From: Candidatus Woesebacteria bacterium
GTDB lineage: Bacteria; Patescibacteriota; Microgenomatia; UBA1400; PJMF01
Reading direction: 5' to 3'
Assembly (NCBI GenBank): GCA_050123235.1
Contig: JASFHL010000005.1
Coordinates: 30,695 to 94,694, forward strand
DNA length: 64,000 nt
The notes under the pieces were generated by a model. That model made no database searches. It was given only the letters and a program-made list of their open reading frames with translations, and was not told the origin of the DNA. The position numbers and the translations under genes were made by a program. Positions 30,626 to 39,522 of the stretch are shown here, piece after piece (the stretch's first letter is position 1; each line of letters begins with the position of its first letter).

Positions 30626-32071
30626 ATGCCAAACTTAAATACCGCTGGGGTATCAGCGGATGTCCGTAATCGTTTATTAAATTTTCTCAATAATGCTAGT
30701 AATGCTAATAGCATTGCTGGCAGTGAACCAGTCCATGGTCCAATTCTGGATGATCCTAGCACTGGCTATGGTGATAATGTGGAAGATTATGATATTGGTC
30801 AAACAGTAGCTAGAAGGATTATTCAAAAACGCAATTCTTTAGCTGGAGATCAATTCACTACTCTAAATCAACTGAATAATATCGCTCACTTTGGCCAAGA
30901 TAAGTTCAATGACCTAGTGCATACTTTTTCGCGTTATTGGGAATTGTTTTTTGCTCTTACTCTCTATGGTCAAACCACTGGTTTTTATTGTGGGGCAGCT
31001 ACGGCACAAATGATTTTAGACTTTTTACATGGCTGGGCTGGAACACCAGCTTTAACCCAAGATGAAATCTACGATATTATTCAGAATCATAAAACTGATA
31101 ATAGTTTCTACACTGACCCTGATGGACTCAGAGGTTGTTTAAATCAAGAAAGTCCGGCAGTAAATCGTTGGATTATTTTTGCTGGCAGGGACAATGAACA
31201 AGACAAAGCCTGTCGTAAAATCGCAACTAGTATGGATCTTTATGATTCACCAGCTGCTGCTTTGATTTATGACGGTGATCATTGGGTAGCAGTGAGTGGG
31301 CTTACAGCTACAGAGCGACCTTCCATGAATAAAAAATCTTTTCTAATTTACACCATTCAAATCCATGACCCAGCCGGAGGTGGCAATGTCAGAGATATTG
31401 AGTATTACAATTGGTGTAGTAATTTCTTTACTCCTAATACTTGGGGAACTACTTGGGATGATCGCTATGTCTGTGTGGTTGATCCTAGACCCCAAGGTGG
31501 AGCGAAAATAGATTTTGTCCAACCTAATTATAAAGCTAAAGGAAGAACCATGATTACTCCCAATCAAGCTAAACAAGCGGCTCAAGAAAGTTTGGATGAT
31601 TATCATCTGACTTCTAGAGATGATTATCAAAAAGCTTTGAGAAAAGCTAAGGTAGGAACACCTGTCTTGGTTAAGAATTTACGTGAAAAGCGCAAGAGGG
31701 CCTATTATTTGATACCATTTGAACGCGGTCAAAAAACTACCGTAGTGCTCATGATTCATGCTTATTATGGCAACTATTTGGGTTCTTCTTTAGTTGATCA
31801 ACCCAAAGGCTATCTCAATGTTTCTCAAAGTCGAGCCAAAAATTTAGCTGCTGATCATATTAAAAAAACCAAAGTCACTAGAGGTAGAAGCTTGACTAAG
31901 CTTAAGGCTAAAGATATAGAGAAGGCTTACTTGGTTTGGAAGCCATCTCAACAATCTTGGGATCCCTTTCAACCTATTTGGAAATTAAAAGCTAAAGGAC
32001 GAGTGCGCTATGTTAACCAGGATAAAGAAATCAGTAGCAGGCTAAAGAGAGCTAAAAAAGGCGGTATGTAG
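30626..32071 (+). CDS. two-domain protein: N-terminal ComEA-like tandem helix-hairpin-helix region + C-terminal C39-like (papain-fold) cysteine peptidase domain
   Basis: N-terminus is LNTAGVSADVRNRLLNF ... IGQTVARRIIQKR...FTTLNQLNNIAHFGQDKFNDL (HhH-like). The peptidase part has the Cys motif GFYCGAATAQMILDFLHG and His motif DGDHWVAVSGL, as in C39/C39_2 peptidases. There is no signal peptide. Confidence 0.55.
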   Translation: MPNLNTAGVSADVRNRLLNFLNNASNANSIAGSEPVHGPILDDPSTGYGDNVEDYDIGQTVARRIIQKRNSLAGDQFTTLNQLNNIAHFGQDKFNDLVHTFSRYWELFFALTLYGQTTGFYCGAATAQMILDFLHGWAGTPALTQDEIYDIIQNHKTDNSFYTDPDGLRGCLNQESPAVNRWIIFAGRDNEQDKACRKIATSMDLYDSPAAALIYDGDHWVAVSGLTATERPSMNKKSFLIYTIQIHDPAGGGNVRDIEYYNWCSNFFTPNTWGTTWDDRYVCVVDPRPQGGAKIDFVQPNYKAKGRTMITPNQAKQAAQESLDDYHLTSRDDYQKALRKAKVGTPVLVKNLREKRKRAYYLIPFERGQKTTVVLMIHAYYGNYLGSSLVDQPKGYLNVSQSRAKNLAADHIKKTKVTRGRSLTKLKAKDIEKAYLVWKPSQQSWDPFQPIWKLKAKGRVRYVNQDKEISSRLKRAKKGGM

Positions 32072-32137
32072 AGACGCTTTTATTGCTGATCCTGACGGCT
32101 TAGTAATAGAGTTGCTGGGACTTAATGATTCTGAAAA

Positions 32138-32434
32138 TTAATTTTTCTCTATCCTGATTGCCCTTCCCAGTACAATTGCTTTAGCTATTTTTTTATAAGC
32201 TTTATCTAGAATTCTAGCAAAAGTTGGTTGAGAAATATTCATTTTTTTGGCACAGTTAATTTGATCTAAATTGTCAAGATCATGAAGTTTTAAAGCTTCT
32301 AGTTCGTCAGTCAATAAATGGATTTCTTGGAGTTCTCTTAAGGGGACACCCCTGGGTTTAAAATAATAAACATTAGGTTTACAGCTCAATCTTCTGGGAA
32401 TTTTTGGTCTTGGCATATGTACTTGTATTAACAA
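32138..32434 (-). CDS. DUF134-family predicted DNA-binding protein (sigma-70 region-4-like HTH)
   Basis: 98 aa; MPRPK.PRR....P....FKPRG.P...L....L..DE.EA.KL.D...L.Q...A..M.ISQ.TF.R.L..A..K.A.A. Confidence 0.6.
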   Translation of the reverse strand: MLIQVHMPRPKIPRRLSCKPNVYYFKPRGVPLRELQEIHLLTDELEALKLHDLDNLDQINCAKKMNISQPTFARILDKAYKKIAKAIVLGRAIRIEKN

Positions 32435-32484
32435 TAAAACAAGATATCAATTATAACTTGGATATCTTGTTTTTAATTGTCAAA

Positions 32485-32691
32485 TTATAAACAGTTTACC
32501 CCTCTCATAGGAGTTTGACATTTTGGACATTTTTGTTTTGAACAAGGAATTCCTCTTTGATGGCTTTCTTCATGTCCACATTTAGGACATGTGCATTTGT
32601 TTGAACCTAGAGGTCTATTTCTCATTCCTCTGCCGGTTGCAGAACCTCTTCCTTGTAGTCCAGTTCTATTTCTATTTGGCATATATTTCAC
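32485..32691 (-). CDS. DUF5320-like small zinc-ribbon protein
   Basis: 68 aa; MPNRNRTGLQGRGSATGRGMRNRPLG start (MP.R..TGP.G.GP.TGRG-type) followed by two C..C pairs. It lies immediately upstream of the DUF134 gene on the same strand, a common pairing. Confidence 0.45.
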   Translation of the reverse strand: MKYMPNRNRTGLQGRGSATGRGMRNRPLGSNKCTCPKCGHEESHQRGIPCSKQKCPKCQTPMRGVNCL

Positions 32692-32866
32692 CTCCTCTAT
32701 TTAAAAAATTATTATGAATATATATTCATAATAGCATTGAGATGATTTTTTGTCAAGAAATAATTTAATGGTTAAAACTTATTAATGAAAGGTCAGATCT
32801 TTCCCTAAAATTTACAAATCATTGTATAATGTTTTTTCTTCTTTTTTTCCAGAAGAATAATTAAGT

Positions 32867-33172
32867 ATGAAAGAAACTAATCGAGGTCTAGAGTACTTGC
32901 CACCACCAGTAAGACTTAATCCTAATCTTGTATTTACCAGAGAAGTGACTGTTTTTGCTCAGGGTTTAAAAAGAGTCCAAAACTCTAAAGAACCAATTTT
33001 ATTTCAAATAGATAGAAATGGTTTAGCTTGCCTGACTGATGGTAACCATCGAGCACATTTAGCATGGCGTAAGAGAGAAGCTTTATGGGGTCAATGTATT
33101 GGGAGATTAAATTTTGATGTAACTACTAATCCAGATTATAGACCTGTAAGTCGGCTCAAAATTATTCGCTAA
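32867..33172 (+). CDS. hypothetical protein with ParB/sulfiredoxin-like DG.HR motif
   Basis: 101 aa; LTDGNHRAHLAWRK resembles the ParB-like nuclease-domain motif; weak. Confidence 0.3.
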   Translation: MKETNRGLEYLPPPVRLNPNLVFTREVTVFAQGLKRVQNSKEPILFQIDRNGLACLTDGNHRAHLAWRKREALWGQCIGRLNFDVTTNPDYRPVSRLKIIR

Positions 33173-33201
33173 TAATTTTCTACTGAGGTAAAATTAATAT
33201 T

Positions 33202-34104
33202 ATGAAACTTGGTACTACTTTTAGTCATCGCCAACTTCAGTATTTGAACTACCCAGTGATTGAAGCTCTGCATACAGCCTTTAAACTAAAATTAGACTAT
33301 TTGAGATTAGGGACGTATTGGGATGAAATCGAGACTACTGAGCATCATTATAGTTGGTCTAGTTTAGAAAAAATCCTAAAACTTTGCCAAAAAAATAAAC
33401 AAAAAGTAGTTTTAACTGTGGGACTTAAAGCTCCCAGATATCCAGAGTTTTATTTCCCAACGTGGCTTAAAAATAAAAACTTAAATGCTGCTCAAACAAA
33501 AAGTAAAATTTTGGATTTTATTAGCAAAAGCGTCAGCCAATTAAGTAAATTTAGCTGTATCAGCCATTGGCAAGTTGAAAATGAGCCTTTAGATCCATCA
33601 GGCCCAGATAAACAAACAATTCCTTTTTCACTCTTAAAAAAAGAGGTTGATTTGGTCCGCAGTCTGGATAAAAGACCAATCATTACTAATCTCTGGGGCA
33701 ATGCCCTATCAAAAAGAAATCTTTTGCCAAAATTAGAAAAAATATCAGATGTGCTAGCTATAGATCTTTATTATCAACAATTTTTTAAAAAAATATTGGG
33801 TAAATCATTTTATATTGGCCCGCTTGATAATCAAAAGAAAATGTCACAACTCTTAGTCAATTGCAAAAAAGAAGTTTGGGTGATGGAATTGCAAGCCGAA
33901 CCATGGGAAGCTAATCAGGTGGATTTTTTATCAGATAAGCCACAAAGTATTTCTCCTGAAAAAATAAAGAAATTTTATCAGCAAGCTAGCCAGTTGCCAG
34001 TAACTACAATTATGTTTTGGGGATTTGAGTATTGGTTTTATCAATTTAAAAAAGGTAATGCTCAGTACCTGGACACTATTGCTAAAATTATGAAAGCATC
34101 ATAA
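33202..34104 (+). CDS. putative glycoside hydrolase (TIM-barrel, clan GH-A-like; ENEP catalytic motif)
   Basis: 300 aa; HWQVENEP motif typical of GH5-like retaining glycosidases; no signal peptide evident. Confidence 0.4.
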   Translation: MKLGTTFSHRQLQYLNYPVIEALHTAFKLKLDYLRLGTYWDEIETTEHHYSWSSLEKILKLCQKNKQKVVLTVGLKAPRYPEFYFPTWLKNKNLNAAQTKSKILDFISKSVSQLSKFSCISHWQVENEPLDPSGPDKQTIPFSLLKKEVDLVRSLDKRPIITNLWGNALSKRNLLPKLEKISDVLAIDLYYQQFFKKILGKSFYIGPLDNQKKMSQLLVNCKKEVWVMELQAEPWEANQVDFLSDKPQSISPEKIKKFYQQASQLPVTTIMFWGFEYWFYQFKKGNAQYLDTIAKIMKAS

Positions 34105-34161
34105 CAGCTTCTTAGTTTATGTTATCATTTCTTTATGTATAAAAAAATTAATTAGCGGCTC

Positions 34162-34377
34162 ATGCCAAAAGTAATTTGTCATACTTTTCTTTGTACAACA
34201 GTTGGAGAGCCCAAGATTGATACTAGCAAAAATCCTGCTGATGAAGTTTTTACAGAGTTGAGATGGCTGACTATTGATCAAATTCTGGATTCAGAGGATA
34301 TTGTAATTACTGATAGTCTTAGAGAATTGCTTTTGGAATTTAAAGAATCTATTAGCAAAACTAAAAAACAATTATGA
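34162..34377 (+). CDS. hypothetical protein (71 aa)
   Basis: Intact ORF; its stop overlaps the next gene start (atga). Confidence 0.3.
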   Translation: MPKVICHTFLCTTVGEPKIDTSKNPADEVFTELRWLTIDQILDSEDIVITDSLRELLLEFKESISKTKKQL

Positions 34378-35504
34378 AATTTATTCTAAAATCTTGCTTC
34401 ACTATTCTATTTTTAATTGTCTTACAGTTTTTAACTGTCAATCCTGTTGCAGCGCAGACTGAGGAAGTTTCTGAGCCTCAATATATGGAAGGTAAAGTGA
34501 CCAAAGTTGTTGAAACTGGACAAGAAACTTTAATGGATGACTTAGTTCCTTTTCAGCAATTAGAGATTAAAGTGACCAAAGGTCAAGAAAAAGGACAGAT
34601 CATTACAGTTAAAAATTCTGCTGCGACTATGGGCATGGGCAATGTTCAATATCAAACGTATGAACCAGGAGATAAAGTGAAAATTGTTTTCATCGAAGGA
34701 GCAGAGGGTAAACAATATTATCTTGATGGAGAGCTTAAAAAAGATGCATTGATCGCACTGCTAGTCTTGTTTGTGTTGGTGGTTTTAGTAGTAGGTAGAA
34801 TTTGGGGAGCTTTATCACTACTGGGTTTATTAATCTCTTTTATAGTTATTTTTAAATTAATTATTCCTCTGATTATTAAAGGTACAAATCCTGTTTTGGC
34901 GGCCATTATTGGCTCAGTGATTATTATCCCCAGCACTTTTTATATCTCACATGGTTTTAATAAAAAAACTCATATTGGTGTGGCCGCAACTTTTCTTGGA
35001 TTATTGATCACGGGTTTATTAGCAATTTATTTTGTTGATGCTAGTCACCTCACAGGTTTTGCTTCTGAAGAAGCTGGCTTTTTGCAAGTAGAAAAAGAAG
35101 GTGCGATGGATATTAAGGGTTTACTGCTGGCAGGGATTATTATTGCTACACTTGGTATTTTGGATGATGTCACCATTGGCCAGGCTTCAACAGTAAAGCA
35201 ATTGAAAAAGGCTAATAAAAAAATGTCTTTTTCAAAATTATTTATCAATGCTATGAAGGTTGGCCAAGACCATATTTCTTCTATGGTCAATACTTTGATC
35301 TTGGTATATTCAGGCTCTGCTCTACCTCTGCTTTTGTTATTTTTTGATAGTGAAAAGACTTTTTTGGATGTAATTGAATTGGAACTAATTGCTGAAGAGA
35401 TTGTCAGAATGTTAGTCGGTAGCATCGGTTTAGTCTTGGCTGCCCCCTTGGCTACAGTGATGGCCGCCTATGTTTTTGCTAAGCAGGAGTTGGGTAAAAA
35501 GTAG
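34374..35504 (+). CDS. YibE/F-like integral membrane protein
   Basis: 376 aa; N-terminal signal peptide, ~100-aa extracytoplasmic domain, then ~7 TM helices; architecture typical of the YibE/F family. Confidence 0.45.
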   Translation: MKFILKSCFTILFLIVLQFLTVNPVAAQTEEVSEPQYMEGKVTKVVETGQETLMDDLVPFQQLEIKVTKGQEKGQIITVKNSAATMGMGNVQYQTYEPGDKVKIVFIEGAEGKQYYLDGELKKDALIALLVLFVLVVLVVGRIWGALSLLGLLISFIVIFKLIIPLIIKGTNPVLAAIIGSVIIIPSTFYISHGFNKKTHIGVAATFLGLLITGLLAIYFVDASHLTGFASEEAGFLQVEKEGAMDIKGLLLAGIIIATLGILDDVTIGQASTVKQLKKANKKMSFSKLFINAMKVGQDHISSMVNTLILVYSGSALPLLLLFFDSEKTFLDVIELELIAEEIVRMLVGSIGLVLAAPLATVMAAYVFAKQELGKK

Positions 35505-35561
35505 TTTTTCATGAATATTCCTCTAAAAAACTCAAAACTGCTGTTGTGCTAAAATGATTTT

Positions 35562-36062
35562 ATGTCAAATAAAAAAACCTACACCAAAATCAATGAAACA
35601 GGCTGTTGCCCTAAACCCAATGTCAAAGCTTGGGACGAATCTTCAGTTACTTGGAAGAATAAAAAGTTTATTAAAGATCATACTTTCAGTTTTTTTCATA
35701 TTCCTTTGAATATGGGCTTTGTAATGAAGAGAATGTGGAAAAAAGTTTCAAAAGCTAAGGCATCTCCACCTATTGAAGAATTCCTGTTGCTCTCTTATGA
35801 TCCTTCAGCTTGGCGAGGTGAGCATTTCATGTCTGTTACTAAACACGTCCCGAATGCTGAAAACGTGACAATTTCTGGTACTTTTTTAACTAAAGTTTTT
35901 GAAGGTCCTTATAAAGAGGCTAAAAATTGGGTAAAAGCAACTGAAGATTATGTGAAAAGTAAAGGTAAAAAACTTAAGAAATTATATTTTTTTTATACCA
36001 CCTGTCCCAAATGCGCTAAGCATTATGGTAAAAACTATGTAGTCGCTCTTGCCCAAGTTTAA
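35562..36062 (+). CDS. hypothetical Cys-motif protein
   Basis: 166 aa; N-terminal GCCPKP and C-terminal CPKC motifs (possible metal site); no family recognised. Confidence 0.35.
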   Translation: MSNKKTYTKINETGCCPKPNVKAWDESSVTWKNKKFIKDHTFSFFHIPLNMGFVMKRMWKKVSKAKASPPIEEFLLLSYDPSAWRGEHFMSVTKHVPNAENVTISGTFLTKVFEGPYKEAKNWVKATEDYVKSKGKKLKKLYFFYTTCPKCAKHYGKNYVVALAQV

Positions 36063-36091
36063 AAACAAAGAAAAAAAATTAAAAGCTTATC

Positions 36092-36778
36092 ATGCATATT
36101 TTGATAATAGATGATGAAGTTGATTTTGCTGATACTCTTAAATCTGCACTAAGGAGTGCTAATCATGTGGTTGATTCAACTTATACAGCCAGAGATGGTC
36201 TTTTTTATGCTAGTACTTATAATTATGATTTGATTATTCTTGATTTAATTCTACCTGATATGAATGGTATTGAACTTTGTAAAAAGTTAAGAAGATCTAA
36301 AATAGAATCTTTAATTCTGATGTTAACAGGAAAAGATAAAGTTTCAGACAGAGTTTTAGGTTTAGATGCAGGAGCTGATGACTATTTAGTGAAACCATTT
36401 AGTTTTGCAGAGCTAAAAGCCAGGATTAGAGCGCTTTGTAGACGCAAAGGCAGTGATTTATTGTTTTCCAATCAACTTAAGGTTGATGATTTAACTTTAG
36501 ACACTGCTAGTCAGGAAGTGACCTTTCAAGGTGAAATAGTTCAGTTACGTCGTAAAGAATATTTAATTTTGGCATTTTTGATGCGTAATGTTGGGAAAGT
36601 TGTATCTAGAGAAAGGATCTTAGAAAATGCTTGGGAGGCTGATATTGAGAGTGTGCCTAATATTGTCAATGTTCACATCAAACATTTACGTTGTAAATTG
36701 GATAAACGATTTAACACTCAGATAATCAAAACTGTCCATGGTAGCGGTTATAAAATTGACAAAAGATCTAATAGTTAG
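36092..36778 (+). CDS. OmpR-family response regulator (orphan; no histidine kinase adjacent)
   Basis: 228 aa; receiver domain (DDE.D...L...L......V..A.DG.... DLIILDL.LPDM.G ... LTGKD); C-terminal winged-helix (trans_reg_C) region. Confidence 0.85.
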   Translation: MHILIIDDEVDFADTLKSALRSANHVVDSTYTARDGLFYASTYNYDLIILDLILPDMNGIELCKKLRRSKIESLILMLTGKDKVSDRVLGLDAGADDYLVKPFSFAELKARIRALCRRKGSDLLFSNQLKVDDLTLDTASQEVTFQGEIVQLRRKEYLILAFLMRNVGKVVSRERILENAWEADIESVPNIVNVHIKHLRCKLDKRFNTQIIKTVHGSGYKIDKRSNS

Positions 36779-36847
36779 CCAAAAAAGACAATTTTCCAAC
36801 TATCTTCTACAATTAAGATTTTCTTTCAAGCAAAGCAACGTCATTTT

Positions 36848-37933
36848 TTAACTAGTTCTTTTGGCAAGCAAATTTGTAATGGCCAGTAATTTGTCAATCG
36901 TTTTTTTATTCCAGCCAGCTTGTTCGAATTTATCTAATATTTTTTGAGCTTGATCAAGATAAGCTAGCAATTGTTTCTGACAATAAGCGAGACTGCCACT
37001 GCCAGTAATAATTGCTCGAACTTGACCTATTTCATCATTACTTAGTTTGTTTTTACCTAGTTTGCTATTTAAAAATTGTTTTTCTTTTTTCTTACAATGC
37101 TCTAAAGCATAAGCAACTAATAAAGTTTTTTTACCTTGCTCAATATCATTTTTATTTGATTTGCCAGTTTTATCCTCCTTGCCAAAAAGGCCAAGTATGT
37201 CATCAGAAATTTGGAATGCTATGCCACAAGGAAGTGCAAAGTCTGATAAAAGTCTGAGATTTGATTCTTCTGCTCCTGCTAAAATTGCTCCTAGTTGCAG
37301 TGGAGCTTCAAAAGTATATTTGGCTGTTTTTAATTCGTAGACTTTAAGTATGTCTTTACTTTGAACATTTTTTTTCAACTCTAGTCTGATATCCAGTTCT
37401 TGGCCAAATAGAGTATCAACTATAATTTGTGATAGTTTTTTTAAAACTTTGAGTTTTAATTTGGGAGAAAAACTAGTTTTAAATATTGCTTGCAGCGACA
37501 AACTGTAAGCTAAGTCACCAGCTAGTATGGCCATGCTATGGCCAAAGTGAGCAGCGCTTTTTTTATTCTTATACTGATCTAAGCACTCTTGTTCATAAAT
37601 TTTATGTAGGGTTGATTTGCCCCTCCTGAGTGTTGAGAGATCCATTACATCATCTTGCATGAGTAAAAAAGAGTGAATTAATTCCACTGATAAGCAAGCA
37701 AGATAGATATCTGAAGAATGAGATTTTGAGAACAAGTTAAAAGCAAGAAATAGTAAAGCAGGCCTTAATCTTTTACCCCCACGCAGTGAAAATTCCTCAA
37801 TTTTTCTGATCATGTCAATAGAAACTTGATTTTCTTTTTGATTTTTTTCTTTAATTTCAGCAAAAAAGTCAAGTAAAAAAGGATGAAATTGATCAGTGAA
37901 TTCTTTTAAAAAATTAAAACTGTTTTTTTTCAT
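36848..37933 (-). CDS. polyprenyl diphosphate synthase (trans-isoprenyl diphosphate synthase family)
   Basis: 361 aa; first Asp-rich motif LLMQDDVMD and second motif ISDDILG. Confidence 0.8.
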   Translation of the reverse strand: MKKNSFNFLKEFTDQFHPFLLDFFAEIKEKNQKENQVSIDMIRKIEEFSLRGGKRLRPALLFLAFNLFSKSHSSDIYLACLSVELIHSFLLMQDDVMDLSTLRRGKSTLHKIYEQECLDQYKNKKSAAHFGHSMAILAGDLAYSLSLQAIFKTSFSPKLKLKVLKKLSQIIVDTLFGQELDIRLELKKNVQSKDILKVYELKTAKYTFEAPLQLGAILAGAEESNLRLLSDFALPCGIAFQISDDILGLFGKEDKTGKSNKNDIEQGKKTLLVAYALEHCKKKEKQFLNSKLGKNKLSNDEIGQVRAIITGSGSLAYCQKQLLAYLDQAQKILDKFEQAGWNKKTIDKLLAITNLLAKRTS

Positions 37934-38107
37934 TATAGATTTATTAAATATTGTATTTTAACTATACCTTGGCATAGACTTGTCGAGTCTCTATTTCATG
38001 AAAGGTAATTAAATTTCAATAACTATACTCTGTATATAGTATATAATGAAAGAATAGCTTGCCATACAAATTAAAATTGGTCTAAAATAAATTATAGAAA
38101 GGAAGAG

Positions 38108-38797
38108 ATGGATCTTCATCGAAAAAGCGCAGTTATCACTGGCGCTTCTTCAGGACTAGGGTTGGCAATTGCAAAAGAGTTACTTAAGAAAAACAGCGTT
38201 GTTCATGCTTTGGGGAGGGATAAAGAAAAACTAGAAACTGTTAGACAAGAAATTAGTTCTGCTAACCTTCATATTCATCAAGTTGACATTAGGGATTTTT
38301 CTCAAATAGAGAGAAGCATAGCTAAGATCGAAAAAGTTGATATTCTGATTAACAATGCTGGTCTATGGATAGAAGGATCATTACAAGATAATCCTTTTGT
38401 CAAGATTTCAGATGTGATTGATACTAATTTAAAAGGATTGATTTACACTACCAAAGTGGTTTTGCCTAAAATGTTAGCTCAAGATAATGGTTTTATTTTA
38501 AATATTTCTTCTACCTCTGGAATAAGAGGAAAAAAAGAACAATCAGTATATGTAGCCTCTAAATTTGGAATAACTGGTTTTACCAAATCCTTATATCTAG
38601 ATCTAGAAAAGACTAATGTTAAAGTAGCTGGTTTTTACCCTGGAGGAATGAAGACTTCCTTTTTTGAAAAAGCAGGCTCATCACGCCAGACAGATAAATT
38701 TATGGATACTGATAAAGTTGCAGAGGTTGTAATTTTTATTTTAGAAAGAGATAATACCATGGTTCTTGATGAAGTAATCTTGGACAGACGCTTGTAG
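38108..38797 (+). CDS. short-chain dehydrogenase/reductase (SDR)
   Basis: 229 aa; cofactor motif ITGASSGLG; NNAG; catalytic YVASK (YxxxK). Confidence 0.85.
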   Translation: MDLHRKSAVITGASSGLGLAIAKELLKKNSVVHALGRDKEKLETVRQEISSANLHIHQVDIRDFSQIERSIAKIEKVDILINNAGLWIEGSLQDNPFVKISDVIDTNLKGLIYTTKVVLPKMLAQDNGFILNISSTSGIRGKKEQSVYVASKFGITGFTKSLYLDLEKTNVKVAGFYPGGMKTSFFEKAGSSRQTDKFMDTDKVAEVVIFILERDNTMVLDEVILDRRL

Positions 38798-38824
38798 TTG
38801 CTAAAATAATCTATTCATTTATCC

Positions 38825-39469
38825 ATGAAATATCAATATCTATTTTTTGACTGGGATGGTTGTCTAATTAATTCTATGGGCATTTGGTTAGAGGCTTATC
38901 AAAAGCTTTTTGCAGACTATGCCTTATCACCAACAGTTGCAGAAATCAGCCAAAAAGTGTTTGGTGATTGGAATGGGCCGCTTAAAGTGGGGATTAAATC
39001 AAAGGATCTTGCTGCTTATACCAGCAAATTAGTAAAGTTGGTGAATAAAAATTTAAAAAAAGCAGAATTGTTTGTAGGAGCAGAAGATTTGCTTAAGGCT
39101 TTGCAGTTAAATGGCAGGATAGCAGCGCTTCTCACTACAGCTAAATTATCTAATTTAGATCCTATTATTAGAAAATATAATTTTAAAAAGTATTTTCAAT
39201 TAATTCTCACAGCAGAAGATGTTCATAAGCATAAACCTGATCCGGAGATGATTGACTTAGCTTTAGCTAAGCTTAAGGCTGCCAAGGATAAATCAGTGAT
39301 GATCGGTGATTCAAAAAGCGATTTAGGGGCAGCTCAAAAAGCTGGCATTGATTCTATTTTATTTTATCCTCAGCAGCACGAAAAAGTTTATAATTTAGCT
39401 GATTTGCAGCTCTATCAGCCAAAACACATTGTTAGGAGTTTAAAAGAGTTAAAGAATTTGTTATTCTAA
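38825..39469 (+). CDS. HAD-superfamily hydrolase (beta-phosphoglucomutase/phosphatase-like)
   Basis: 214 aa; motif I FFDWDGCL (DxDG); motif IV GDSKSD. Confidence 0.8.
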   Translation: MKYQYLFFDWDGCLINSMGIWLEAYQKLFADYALSPTVAEISQKVFGDWNGPLKVGIKSKDLAAYTSKLVKLVNKNLKKAELFVGAEDLLKALQLNGRIAALLTTAKLSNLDPIIRKYNFKKYFQLILTAEDVHKHKPDPEMIDLALAKLKAAKDKSVMIGDSKSDLGAAQKAGIDSILFYPQQHEKVYNLADLQLYQPKHIVRSLKELKNLLF

Positions 39470-39522
39470 TCTAGACTAATAACTTTATACAGTAAATTAA
39501 GATATATCTTAAAAATTTAAAT

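Noticed and set aside
28913-36800. Integrated mobile element with integrase and att repeats at tRNA-Ser
   Set aside because: No integrase, recombinase or transposase ORF was found, and no direct repeat of the tRNA 3' end could be found by eye. This is left as an accessory-region suggestion only.
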